A DNA stretch of 64,000 nt from an uncultured Chloroflexia bacterium (GTDB lineage: Bacteria > Chloroflexota > Anaerolineae > JAAYZQ01), in assembly GCA_963700285.1 (NCBI GenBank), contig CAVOXA010000015.1, positions 96,001 to 160,000 on the forward strand, given 5' to 3'. Position 1 is the first letter of the stretch. The number at the start of each line of letters is the position of its first letter. The notes under the pieces were generated by a model that was given only the letters and a program-made list of their open reading frames with translations, was not told the origin of the DNA and did no database searches. The translations under genes and the position numbers were made by a program. This document shows positions 29,145-39,391 of the stretch, piece after piece.

Positions 29145-29366
29145 ATCCAGGAAGGCCAGGCTCAGACCGTCGCAGCCGGGCAAGACGAGAGAGCAGACCT
29201 CAGCGGTCAGGTGACCCACCTGACCGCTGTCTATTGGACTGTCACGTCTCGCCGCATAGAGATGCACCTACCGAGCAAGCTGCTCCGACGAGCCTAGCCT
29301 TGCAAGTACCTTGGCTGCCAATTGACGCTTTCGGCTTTCTGTTGTATCCTTGATGGCGAGGGGAGC

Positions 29367-30641
29367 ATGAGACGTCGTTTTTCCTCAATCGCCTTTTTGA
29401 TCATACTGGTGCTGACCTCGACGAGAGCTCCTTCGTCGTCCAGTCTGGCGGTGGGTGGAAGACCAATCGTAGGCGTTCATACCATCCGTGCCGATGACGG
29501 CCTGCTGCAAGTAGCTGACAGTGGCGGATTCACCTGGCTGATCCAATTGCTTGAATGGCGAGAGGTCGAGCCGGTACGGGGCGAGTTTTTCTGGGAGTAT
29601 CCTGACTGGTTGGTACGGGCTGCTAAATACTACCACCTGGACTTGGTACTGCGCCTAGATCATCCGCCGGATTGGGCACTCAGCGGTGAAAGCGGACTGC
29701 CCGTTGACGTGGCAGCCTATGCGCACTTTGTGGAGCGCGTGGCTGCCCGCTATCGCGGGCGAGTCTTGGCCTATGTCATTTGGAACGAACCTAATCTGGC
29801 CGCTGAGTGGGGTGGCAAGCCGCCCGATCCGGAAGGCTATGTCCGATTGTTATGTGCTGCCCATGCAGCCATCCAGCAGACCGATCCCAGCGCGGCGGTA
29901 GTCAGTGCTGGCCTGGCCCCCACCAACCACACCGATGCCTCAGCTCAGGACGACCGGATCTATCTGCTAGCAATGTACACCGCTGGGGCTGCTACCTGCT
30001 TCGATGTATTGGGAGCTCATCCCTATGGCTTTGCTTACCCGCCAGACGATCCCTATCGAGACCACGACGGCCTAAACTACGCTCGACTGGCTGGCCAGCG
30101 CGCCATCATGGTCGAGGCAGGCGATGGCAGCAAGGTAGTCTGGGCGACCGAGGTGGGCTGGACAACCTCGCCTGTCGGGCGAAGAGAGCAGTGGCTTCGC
30201 GTCAGCGAAGAAGAGCAATGGAGCTATCTGGTCGGGGCTCTCCAAAAAGCCGGTAGGGATTGGCCCTGGCTGGAGCGCATCGCCATCTGGAATCTCAGCA
30301 CTGGACTCCCGGCCGATGATGAGAAGCGCGGCTACAGCCTCCTGGCCGATACCGGCAGGCCCAAACCTGCCTTTGAGGTACTCGCGGCGATGGCAAGGGA
30401 ACGCGGGAATGGAAGAGCAAAAGACCAGGAGGGCGAGGAAGCAGAAAGTCAGACTGCGGAGATCCTTGCTCCAGACGTGGTCGTGCGGCTGAGCGACGTA
30501 GACACCTTTTACCCCCATTGGGCTCGCCCGTACTGCAAGTCGGTACCCTGTCGCCACTGGAGAAGCGAGTTCTACATCCGAGATCCGGGGATTGTCCCAT
30601 TGAAGCGGCACGCGCCTGGGCGCACGGCGAGCTATCAGTGA
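29367..30641 (+). CDS. Secreted clan-A glycoside hydrolase (GH5/GH39-like), C-terminally truncated at a junction near 30590
   Basis: Signal peptide; IWNEPN acid/base motif, GAHPYG, VWATEVGW nucleophile; upstream TTGACG-17-TATCCT promoter. Confidence 0.8.
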   Translation: MRRRFSSIAFLIILVLTSTRAPSSSSLAVGGRPIVGVHTIRADDGLLQVADSGGFTWLIQLLEWREVEPVRGEFFWEYPDWLVRAAKYYHLDLVLRLDHPPDWALSGESGLPVDVAAYAHFVERVAARYRGRVLAYVIWNEPNLAAEWGGKPPDPEGYVRLLCAAHAAIQQTDPSAAVVSAGLAPTNHTDASAQDDRIYLLAMYTAGAATCFDVLGAHPYGFAYPPDDPYRDHDGLNYARLAGQRAIMVEAGDGSKVVWATEVGWTTSPVGRREQWLRVSEEEQWSYLVGALQKAGRDWPWLERIAIWNLSTGLPADDEKRGYSLLADTGRPKPAFEVLAAMARERGNGRAKDQEGEEAESQTAEILAPDVVVRLSDVDTFYPHWARPYCKSVPCRHWRSEFYIRDPGIVPLKRHAPGRTASYQ

Positions 30642-30943
30642 CCAAGGCACGGGCAGCGGCGTTTGCTGCCCACGCCGCTGCCCGCAACACCAGCATCAAA
30701 CCGGCTAAACTCGCCGCGCGCGCCGCCGGTCACGCTGCCGCAACCGCCCACGTTGCCGATCACGCACGCCATGCTGCCAACTACGCCCTCAAGGCTGTAT
30801 CCGCAGGTCCAATTCCGAACCATGAGGGCGATGCGGTTTCTGAAGAAGTCGATTGGCAGTGCACACGCCTCCCGGAACACCTTCTCGGTATGGCCGGGCG
30901 AAACGGAGTCTATCCGAAAGGAATCGAAAAGAATCGTGTGTGA
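30599..30943 (+). pseudogene. C-terminal fragment of an Imm5-like putative immunity protein
   Basis: IEAARAWAHGEL...ARAAAFAAHAAAR...AARAAGHAAATAHVADHA...E.DWQ..RLP; no N-terminus or start codon. Confidence 0.6.
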
Positions 30944-31352
30944 AGAGTATGACATCGCTTACGCGGATGAGCCAGCATGGGAGATCATTGGACCCGGCAT
31001 CAATAACTACAACAGAAAACATGCAGGTGACAACAGTTATCAAAGCCTGTGCTTCGTTCTTCGCGCGCCTGACCAGCAAGTTGTCGGTGGTGTGATCGGC
31101 GCAACCTATTGGGATTGGTTCTATCTGGATCTGTTGTGGGTAAAAGAGGAGCTTCGTGGGCGCGGACATGGTCATCGCCTGCTGACGATTGCTGAACAGG
31201 AAGCGCGGCAGCGTGGGGCAAAGAATGCCTATTTGGACACCTTTAGCTTTCAGGCGCCCGACTTCTATGAGCGGCATGGCTATCGAGTCTTTGGCGAGCT
31301 GCAAGATTTCCCTCCTGGGCATCAACGCTTCTTTCTCACCAAACAGCTTTAG
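30936..31352 (+). CDS. GNAT-family N-acetyltransferase
   Basis: LWVKEELRGRGHG and LDTFSFQAPDFYERHGY motifs. Confidence 0.88.
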   Translation: MCEEYDIAYADEPAWEIIGPGINNYNRKHAGDNSYQSLCFVLRAPDQQVVGGVIGATYWDWFYLDLLWVKEELRGRGHGHRLLTIAEQEARQRGAKNAYLDTFSFQAPDFYERHGYRVFGELQDFPPGHQRFFLTKQL

Positions 31353-31430
31353 AAACAGCGCGGCGTCAAGGGCACACGTGCAACGAGGCCCTTGCATGCG
31401 AACCGTTCGGTCTGATTGCAGGAGGTTGAC

Positions 31431-33089
31431 ATGATAGCTGAAGAAATCATGATCCGTATGCGCGATGGTGTGCGCCTGCAGAACTACCTCTACCTCCCTC
31501 CGGGCGAGGGACCCTTCCCCGCCCTTCTGGCGCGGTGCATGTATGGCGCCGACAGAGTGGAAGACAGAGCGAGATTCTGGGCCGACCAAGGATATGCGGT
31601 TCTGCTGCAGAATGTCCGCGGCCGTCATGGATCTGAAGGCGGACCGGTCGGCCGGAATGACTATGCCGAGGATGGCTACGATGCGATGGACTGGATGGTG
31701 GCTCAAGCTTGGTGCAACGAGCGTATCGGTACCTTCGGCCGTTCCGCTTTGGCCCGGGTTCAGGTGGCAACCGCATTCCTTGCTCATCCGGCGCATCTGG
31801 CCATGGCTCCGGTGGTACTTCCCTACAAGATGATGAGCCGCCTGGGAGGGGCCATCATGTTCAGCCAGATACCTCAGTGGATGTATATGGCCCAGAGCGG
31901 CCGCGAACTGAATCCGGTTGAGACGGTAGAGTGGATGCCCCACCTGTACAGGCTGCCTGTCACAAGTGTGCTGGATGACCTGGGCGGGCCCCTGGACCAG
32001 TACCGGGAGATCGTCACAAATGTCCACGATAACTATTTCAGTGACCCACTTGTTCCTGAGAAGTTCCAGGTGTTACAGACCCCCAACCTCATGGTCACAG
32101 GCTGGTATGACCACTGCGCCACCGGGCCGGTCGACTTTTTCATGGACACGATGACCTATGCGTCTGAGGAGCAAAAGCGGAACACACACCTCATTATTGG
32201 CCCGTGGGATCACAGCGCCGCCGGGGATGAAGCGCATGAATACGATTTTGGACCTGATGCAGATCTGGACCATTCGGCCATAGAGGCGGCGTTTTTCGAG
32301 CACCATCTCAAGGGGCATCCGCCCGCCGAACCTTTGGCGCCGGTCAAGATCTTTGTGATGGGCAGGAATGAGTGGCGGGATGAGCAGGAATGGCCGCTGG
32401 CACGCGCGCGGGAGACGAAGCTCTATCTCCACAGCGATGGCGACGTCGCCGGAGCCTGGGTCCGGGGCAGCCTCTCCTTGGATCCCCCTGGCGCAGAGCG
32501 TCCGGATTGTTTCACCTATGATCCGGCTGATCCGGTGCCAACCTGGGGCGGAGCCAACAGCGCTCCGGCCAGAGTATTGCCGATGAAACGGGGAGCCCGC
32601 GACCAGCGCATTACGCTCTACCGCAAGGATGTCCTGACCTTCTACAGCGATCGGCTGCAAGCGCCTCTTGAGGTGACTGGAATGCTCAAACTGGTGCTGT
32701 ATGCCGCCAGCTCTGCGGTAGATACCGACTTTACCGCAAAGCTCATGGATGTCGCCCCTGACGGGAATGCCCGCCTCATCTCCGATGGTGTCGTCCGTGC
32801 CCGGTTCCGCCATGGCCTGGAAACACCCGAGTTCATCGAGCCTGGGGCAGTTTACTGCTACGAGGTCGATCTGTGGTTTACCAGCAACGAATTTCAGTCG
32901 GGACACCGTATCGCCTTGGCCATATCAAGCAGCAATTTCCCGCGGATTAACAGGAATCTGAATACCGGAGGCGACAACGAACAGGATAGTTGCTTTGTCT
33001 CTGCGAACCAGACCATATTTCATGATTCGAGATATCCGTCGCACCTTGTCCTGCCAGTGATAGGTAGTCAGAAATTTAGAGCATCCTAG
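31431..33089 (+). CDS. CocE/NonD family hydrolase
   Basis: MRDGVRL, RGRHGSEG, EDGYDAMDW, GWYD, IIGPWDH, YDPADPVPT and SSSNFPR motifs. Confidence 0.9.
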   Translation: MIAEEIMIRMRDGVRLQNYLYLPPGEGPFPALLARCMYGADRVEDRARFWADQGYAVLLQNVRGRHGSEGGPVGRNDYAEDGYDAMDWMVAQAWCNERIGTFGRSALARVQVATAFLAHPAHLAMAPVVLPYKMMSRLGGAIMFSQIPQWMYMAQSGRELNPVETVEWMPHLYRLPVTSVLDDLGGPLDQYREIVTNVHDNYFSDPLVPEKFQVLQTPNLMVTGWYDHCATGPVDFFMDTMTYASEEQKRNTHLIIGPWDHSAAGDEAHEYDFGPDADLDHSAIEAAFFEHHLKGHPPAEPLAPVKIFVMGRNEWRDEQEWPLARARETKLYLHSDGDVAGAWVRGSLSLDPPGAERPDCFTYDPADPVPTWGGANSAPARVLPMKRGARDQRITLYRKDVLTFYSDRLQAPLEVTGMLKLVLYAASSAVDTDFTAKLMDVAPDGNARLISDGVVRARFRHGLETPEFIEPGAVYCYEVDLWFTSNEFQSGHRIALAISSSNFPRINRNLNTGGDNEQDSCFVSANQTIFHDSRYPSHLVLPVIGSQKFRAS

Positions 33090-33096
33090 CGAATAA

Positions 33097-33234
33097 CCAG
33101 ACGTGCCTGGCGGAACGCAGATCACGCTTCGACACGAGGGTATTCCGCCAGGGATAAGGGGCACGGATAATGAACGTGGTTCGGCATCGTCCCTGAGGAG
33201 TTTGGCTCACCTCATGGAACAGGGCGAGGCCTAG
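33097..33234 (+). pseudogene. C-terminal remnant of an SRPBCC/AHSA1 domain gene
   Basis: GGTQITLRHEGIPPGI...NERG..SSL..LA.LME; no start codon. Confidence 0.5.
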
Positions 33235-33288
33235 GTCATCGCGCCTTGCATTCCAATTGCAGACATTGGCCGTGACACTTGCGCGGTC

Positions 33289-33450
33289 ATGGCTGAAGAC
33301 CCAGATTGGAGCGCATACACCAATGGGGCTGCCTCCAGGGCTTTTGCCCTGGCTGCGGGGATAATCGCTCCCCTTGCCGGGGCCTTTGTGGTTCGTTTGG
33401 GCCCTCGCTTGGCGATTCTAGGTGGCTCTGTCCTGGGGGCCGCCGGACGT
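33289..33450 (+). pseudogene. Internal remnant of an MFS transporter gene
   Basis: AFALAAGIIAPLAGAFVVRLGPRLAILGG resembles a degenerate MFS motif A. Confidence 0.4.
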
Positions 33451-33503
33451 TGTACCCAGAGCGCTGTCCGAATCCGGCGCGGCACCGCTGCGATTGATAA
33501 ACA

Positions 33504-33552
33504 AAGATTTATATAATCTTAATTTGACAATTTACTGAGCTGGTTGTATAAT
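33504..33552 (+). promoter_or_regulatory. Consensus sigma70 promoter with an upstream AT-rich palindrome
   Basis: AAGATT-TATAT-AATCTT (33504-33520); TTGACA (33524)-17 nt-TATAAT (33547). Confidence 0.7.
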
Positions 33553-33614
33553 CGTTAGGACGGTGCCGCTTATCGATGCGACAAAGGATGAAGGACTAGC
33601 ATTGGGAGGTTATC

Positions 33615-34874
33615 ACGACAGAACTGGATGCAGTAATCATAGGTGCCGGGCATGCCGGCCTCGGGGTCAGCTACTTCCTGCAACGGGATGGCCGCAAGCA
33701 TATTGTCTTTGAGCGAGGGAGGATTGGCGAGTCGTGGTTATCGCAACGCTGGGACTCATTCAAACTCAATACGCCGAATTTCATGAATGTCCTGCCTGGT
33801 TTACCGTACGATGGTCCGGAGCCTGATGGCTTCTGGTCGCGCGATGAGTACATCGCCTATCTCCGAAGCTACGTCGATCACTGGCGCCTGCCTGTTAGAA
33901 CGCGCGTCACGGTGGTCTCGGTCGAGCAGGCCAAAGGCGAAGAGCATTTCATCGTCAGGACGACAGGCGACGGGCAGGCAGAAGAGTCCGTGTCAAGTCG
34001 CTCGATCGTGATCGCTTCTGGTATGCAACGAACCCCAAAGTTTCCCCCGATTCGTAGCGCCATGCCGCACGACATCCGACAACTCCACACGGCTGACTAC
34101 CGAAGCCCAAGCGCTCTGCCGCCGGGTGCGGTTCTCGTCGTCGGAAGCGCACAATCGGGTTGCCAGATTGCCGAGGAGCTGCTGTTGGCTGGCCGGACCG
34201 TGTATCTGAGTACCAGCAGAGTTGGCCGCGTTCCTCGCCGCTATCGCGGGCGGGATATTCTGGAATGGTGGGCTGATATGAAGTTTCTCGATGTGCCCTA
34301 CGCCAGCCTGGACGACAAGTCGATCGCCCGCGCCACTCAGCCACAAACGTCGGGGCTTGGGCGTTATGGGCACACAGTCAGCTTGCAGCATTTGGCGCGC
34401 CAGGGGGCTGTGATTCTGGGTCGCTTGCTGGACATCAATGCAGGCACACTTGTCCTGGGCGATGATGCGGCCGCCAACGTGCGCTTTGCCGATGAGTTTT
34501 CGCAACGGGGAAAGGACGGCATCGATGCCTACTTGGCACAGGCGGGTATCCCTCGGCCACCCCTCGAGGATGATCCGGCGGACGCGCCTGACCCTGAGGC
34601 TGCAAGCGTCTCGCCGTTGCGCCGGCTGAATCTTGGCGACGCAGAGGTCAGTACGGTCATCTGGGCGACAGGGTTTGGTGGGGATTTCAGCTGGATTCAC
34701 CTACCGGCCTTTGACGCAGAAGGCAACCCGGTCCATGAGCAAGGAGTTGCGCCGGTGCGTGGCTTGTACTATATCGGATTCCCTTGGCTCCGTAGCCGCA
34801 AGTCGGGCATCGCTTACGGAATTGAGGAAGACGCCCAATACATCGCTGCTGCCCTGGCGAAGCGCTTGGGCTAG
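33615..34874 (+). CDS. Flavin-containing monooxygenase family oxidoreductase; apparent ACG start
   Basis: The frame extends upstream of the called ATG to include VIIGAGHAGL and SQRWDSFKLNTP; also VGSAQSG and WATG motifs. Confidence 0.85.
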   Translation, partial: TTELDAVIIGAGHAGLGVSYFLQRDGRKHIVFERGRIGESWLSQRWDSFKLNTPNFMNVLPGLPYDGPEPDGFWSRDEYIAYLRSYVDHWRLPVRTRVTVVSVEQAKGEEHFIVRTTGDGQAEESVSSRSIVIASGMQRTPKFPPIRSAMPHDIRQLHTADYRSPSALPPGAVLVVGSAQSGCQIAEELLLAGRTVYLSTSRVGRVPRRYRGRDILEWWADMKFLDVPYASLDDKSIARATQPQTSGLGRYGHTVSLQHLARQGAVILGRLLDINAGTLVLGDDAAANVRFADEFSQRGKDGIDAYLAQAGIPRPPLEDDPADAPDPEAASVSPLRRLNLGDAEVSTVIWATGFGGDFSWIHLPAFDAEGNPVHEQGVAPVRGLYYIGFPWLRSRKSGIAYGIEEDAQYIAAALAKRLG

Positions 34875-35020
34875 ACCCGCACCTGACCTGGCCGAGAATA
34901 CTCATCGGCGAAGGTCTCAGCCGAACCGGACGAGCAATCCTTGTGCGCGAATATGTGTGCGCTCCGGGTCACCTAGTACGCGGCCAGGCGAGGACCTTCT
35001 GTGCCCTTGTCCTGCCCTAG

Positions 35021-36686
35021 CAGCCTGTCGGAGAGAGACAGTTTCTCCGCAGGCCGGATTGATGGTAAACTGATTCCCTGCTTGAGTCACTCAAGCGAGT
35101 TGATAGCAGGGAGAGAGAACGATGGCTCGCAAGTTCAAGATGGTTGACTACGAAAAAGCGCTCGATCAGACGGTAACGATCAGAGATGTTCTGCCACCCG
35201 ATCATCTGGCACGATTCATCGCCAGGGTGATTCTGTTGCTGGACTTGAGTGCCATCTACGCGCAATATGCGCCCGTGGGTGGCGAAGCCTATGCCCCCGA
35301 GCTTCTGCTGGGTCTGTTGTTCTACGGCTATGCCACCGGCGTGTTCAGTTCGCGCAAGATCGAGAAAGCGACGTACGAGTCGATTCCTTTCCGATTTCTT
35401 GCTGGCGGCTGGCATCCGGACCATGACACCATTGCCAACTTTCGGAAGACGTTTCTGCCCGAAATCACGGACCTGTTTGCCCAAGTGCTGGTTATCGCCC
35501 ACGAGTTGGGGGTGCTGAAGCTGGGCAGGATCAGCGTGGATGGCAGCAAGATTCACGCCGATGCGTCCAAAAGCCATGCGGTCAGCTATGGTCGGTTGCT
35601 GCAACTGGAGCGACAGACTGCGGATTGAGGTAGAGGAGTTGATGGCTTTGGGAGAGACAGGCAGATCAGGAAGAGCTGCCAGAAGGCCTGGATGTGGGAT
35701 TCGAGATTGCTTTGCGGCAAGAGCGGTTGCTCAACCTGGCTCAGGCCAAGGCCGTCCTGGAAGCACGAGCTGAGGAACGGCACGAGGCGGAAAAAGCCGA
35801 GTACGAGGCCAAGCTGCGGGAGCGGGAAGAGAAGGCCAAGCAGACAGGGCGCAAACCGCGTGGCAGACGCCCCAAACCGCCCACAGCCGGGCCTCGGGCG
35901 AAGGACCAGTACAACTTCACCGATCCCGACTCGCGGATCATGAAGAACAGCAACAACAAAGGCTTCGATCAGCATTACAATGTCCAGGTGGCGGTGGACC
36001 AAGACTGTCGGTTGATCGTCGGCAACACGCTGTCGAATCATGCCAGCGACAGAGAGGAAGCGATTCCCACAGTGGATGCCATTCCGGCCGAGGTCGGCAA
36101 GCCCAAGGCCGCAGCCTTGGACAATGGCTATTGGAGCCCGACCAACGTGGAGGAATTGGAGAGGCGAGGCATCGAGCCCTATATCGCCACGGGGCGTGAC
36201 AGCCACTATCAGAGCTGGCAAGAACGCTTTGCCCAGCAACCAGAGCCTCCTGCGGAGGAGGCGAGTCTGATCGTCCAGATGGCTTACAAGCTCAAGACGG
36301 TCATCGGCAAGCAGATCTACGGCTTGCGCAAATCGACCGTGGAACCGGTCATCGGCATCATCAAGGAGACGTTGGGATTCCGCCAGTTCTCGCTGCGAGG
36401 GCTGCTGGCAGCGGCTGGCGAGTGGTGTTTGGTATGTCTGGCCTACAACTTGAAGCGGCTGCACATCCTGATGGCTGGCTAAAGGCAAGTCGCTTCCTCT
36501 CCGTGCGTCTGATGAGCTGGAGAGAAAGCGACATGAGAGAGCCAAACAGCCCATTTGGAGTCAAAAATGGGCTCTGATTGGCTATGATCTGACACGGATA
36601 TGGCTGTTCGAAGCATGATTATCGTCAACTTGTGATTCGTACTTGGTCAACGGAGAGGTGATCCCGATTTCCTCTCCGACAGGCTG
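35021..36686 (+). mobile_element. IS1182-family insertion sequence
   Basis: 15-bp terminal IRs CAGCCTGTCGGAGAG / CTCTCCGACAGGCTG, each flanked by CTAG (target duplication). Confidence 0.9.
35122..36482 (+). CDS. IS1182-family transposase (frameshifts near 35615-35660)
   Basis: LPPDHLARFI, YGYATGVFSSRKIE, VDGSKIHADAS, TDPDSRIM, DNGY and RKSTVEPVIG motifs. Confidence 0.88.
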
Positions 36687-36750
36687 CTAGAGATTGCCCA
36701 TCACCAATACCGAATCACAAACTCAAGATCCAGCCTCCAGTCTCCAGTTC

Positions 36751-37840
36751 TTATTCTCGCACCCCTGGAAACGCAGCTAGCTTGGCTTCCGGTACCCTTT
36801 GCACCAGTTCTTGGGCAATGGGCCCAAATGCCTCGGTTTCATATTCCTCGACGCGCCCCGCATCGCACAGCTTGGCAATCTCGGGGTCGATGGGCAGTCG
36901 GCCCAGGAAAGGGACACCGATCTGTCGCGCCACCTGCTCAGCGTGGCTGGGGCCAAAGATCTCGTATCGCTTGCCAGTGTCAGGACATTCAAAGTAGCTC
37001 ATGTTCTCAAGTAGACCCAGGATAGGGGTTTGCATCTGCCGGGCCATGTTCGCTGCCTTGCGCACCACCATGCCCGCCAGATCCTGCGGTGAGCTGACTA
37101 GTACGATGCCGGATATGGGCAGCGATTGCATCACGGTCAATGAGGCATCCGATGTGCCAGGCGGCAGGTCCACGACGAGATAGTCCAACGTGCCCCAAAA
37201 GATGTCGCCCCAGAACTGCTTGATAGCACCGCTAACCAGCGGTCCACGCCAGATGACGGCCATGTCCTCCTGGTCCAAGAGCAAGTTGATGGACATGACT
37301 TTGATGCCGCTCTCGGTCTGGGGTGGCATGGGGCCCATGGGGCTTGTACCCAGCTTTGCCCCGTCAGGGAAGAACATCTTGGGGATGCTCGGGCCGGTAA
37401 TGTCGGCGTCCAGGATGCCAACGCGGTAGCCCGCTTTGCGCAGCGCTAGCGCCAGCAATCCACTTACCAGCGACTTGCCCACGCCACCTTTTCCGCTCAT
37501 CACGGCGATCACCCGGTGGATCTCGTTCAGGTCCTCGGCCGCGCCCTTGTCTTGCTGCCGCGGTACGCCGATGCCGATCCGGCGCTTTTCCTCGTCGGTC
37601 ATCGCGGTCAGCTCTACCTCCACCCCGTCAACGTCTTCTAGAGCCGCTGACCGCTTTCTCCACGTCGCCTACGATCTGCTCTTTGAGCGGGCAGCCCATC
37701 GTCGTCAGGGCCAGGGTAATGCCCACCTGGTTTCCCTGGATCCGTACCTCGCGGACCATGCCCAACTCGATCAGACTCTTGTGCAACTCTGGGTCCATGA
37801 CCCCCTCAAGTGCTTTGCGCACTGCGGATTCCTCAATCAA
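36751..37840 (-). CDS. Mrp/NBP35 (ApbC) Fe-S cluster carrier ATPase with an N-terminal DUF59/MIP18 domain (frameshift near 37640)
   Basis: VMDPEL..SLIELGMV and LTTMGCP; SGKGGVGKS, DADITGPS, WRGP, DLPPGTSD, ENMSYFECP. Confidence 0.88.
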
Positions 37841-37881
37841 CTTTCTTACCTCCCTCATTTTCTTTGTCTTTCATCCTTCGT

Positions 37882-38646
37882 TTATCGTCCGTTTCCATTG
37901 GCCATCGTGACCAGTCGCACGCCCCGCATCTGGCGGAAGATGGCCCCCTGGCCTGCCACCGCCAGAGCCGTGGCGGGATCGACGACGCGCGTCCCAGCGA
38001 TCAGGTCCACGCCATGCTTGAACAGAACCGGCGACAACGGCGACGTTGGACCCAACACCAGCACAAAGGCATCAGGGCGGCAATGCTGGATCAGTTTGTC
38101 AAAGGTCCTGTTGACCAGAGACGTTCCTGTGATGGCCACCACATCCGCTTCAGGGAGCACCTCGGCGGCTGCTTGGGGCGGTAGCTCGTCAGGTCCCGGA
38201 TCAAGCTCCAGGACATCCAGCCGTCCCACTGCCCGCCGTACCTTGGAAATAAAGGGAAAATGGCCGACAACGACGACCCGCTTTCCCTCGCCCCGCTGCA
38301 TGATCTCGGCGGATGCGTTGCAGTCGGTCAGAGAATCCTCTGGGACCTCCAGCAGGGCATTGAGGGTCGCCATGCCCACGGCAGCCTCCATCGGACTCTT
38401 GGACCTGAGGAGCCCCGCTAGCTCATGGGCACCATGCTCCATCAGACTGCCGGCCCAACGTATTAGGCTGTGGCCATGGGCCGTGTGGGCGTCGCGTTGC
38501 GTGGAGGCCAGTCCTGCGCCCCGCTCGGTCCAGACCACCGTCCAGAACGGGCCCACGCGCACGTCGCGCACCGGGATATCCCCCGCCGGCAGCGAAGCCA
38601 GCAGATCGTCGACGATGCTCGTGCGTTCCTGCCGGTCAGCGCTCAC
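37882..38646 (-). CDS. DUF364/DUF4213 (putative metal-chelation, Rossmann-like) protein
   Basis: AAVGMATLNAL, VVGHFP, AITGTSLVNRT, LGPTSPL motifs. Confidence 0.85.
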   Translation of the reverse strand: MSADRQERTSIVDDLLASLPAGDIPVRDVRVGPFWTVVWTERGAGLASTQRDAHTAHGHSLIRWAGSLMEHGAHELAGLLRSKSPMEAAVGMATLNALLEVPEDSLTDCNASAEIMQRGEGKRVVVVGHFPFISKVRRAVGRLDVLELDPGPDELPPQAAAEVLPEADVVAITGTSLVNRTFDKLIQHCRPDAFVLVLGPTSPLSPVLFKHGVDLIAGTRVVDPATALAVAGQGAIFRQMRGVRLVTMANGNGR

Positions 38647-39032
38647 TGATGCATCTCCATGTGGGTGTCGTACACTCCCAAAAAATGGTGCAGTACCCGG
38701 TCCGTCTCCCGCAGGTCATCCACCCACCAGGCCAGGTAGCGATCCCCTTCCTCCGTGATCTGGTATAGACGGCGGGCTGGGCCGGCGCTATCCGTGTTCC
38801 AACGCGAGGTGACAAAGGCTCGATTCTCCAGACCGCGCAGCCTGCGGTACACGGTACTCGAATCTACCGGATTCTGCTCAAAGCCGAACGGCTTCAAGCC
38901 CTCCAAGAGTTCGTACCCGTGGGCTTCGTTGCAGTGCAGCAGCAGGAGCAGGCACGGGTCAAGAAAGCGGTTGATGCGCCTGGGACAGGCTTCTCCCCCC
39001 TGCCCGCCCCGCCAGCGGTGACCTTGAGGCAT
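38643..39032 (-). CDS. PadR-family transcriptional regulator
   Basis: LLLLL...AHGYEL, VYRRLRGLE, W.....GPARRLYQITEEG. Confidence 0.9.
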   Translation of the reverse strand: MPQGHRWRGGQGGEACPRRINRFLDPCLLLLLHCNEAHGYELLEGLKPFGFEQNPVDSSTVYRRLRGLENRAFVTSRWNTDSAGPARRLYQITEEGDRYLAWWVDDLRETDRVLHHFLGVYDTHMEMHQ

Positions 39033-39054
39033 GACGTACCTACCTTTCGCAGCT

Positions 39055-39107
39055 CATCTATGTGCATAACGCATATAGATGATACAGCACCTTAGCCGGA
39101 TTGTCAA
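39055..39107 (-). promoter_or_regulatory. Promoter and palindromic operator upstream of padR
   Basis: CATCTATGTGC-ATAAC-GCATATAGATG inverted repeat overlapping TTGACA-17 nt-TATCAT. Confidence 0.7.
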
Positions 39108-39144
39108 GTCTCAGGACCAGAGTGGCTAGGGCTGTAGCAAAGTC

Positions 39145-39224
39145 GTCATCGCGGGCGTCAGCAAAGCGATCTACACCTTTGCCTTGGGGATTGCCACGGC
39201 GCAAACGGCGTGCCTCGCAATGAC
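39145..39224. repeat. GTCATTGCGAG-type palindromic (REP/RPE-like) element
   Basis: GTCATCGCGGG...AAGCGATCT...GGATTGCCAC...CCTCGCAATGAC, with inverted ends typical of this repeat class. Confidence 0.6.
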
Positions 39225-39391
39225 AGATCTGGCCGGCAGTGTATGGCAAGGGACAATGCAACAGCCCTGCCAGAGTGGCAGAGATTCTGGAAGCCAAACT
39301 CCTTCGCTCGTGGAGAACCGCAGTCCACCGTTTGGAAGTGACTTCATCCCACCCAGATCTGGAGCAGTTGCTGCCTTTGGGGGTCATCCGT

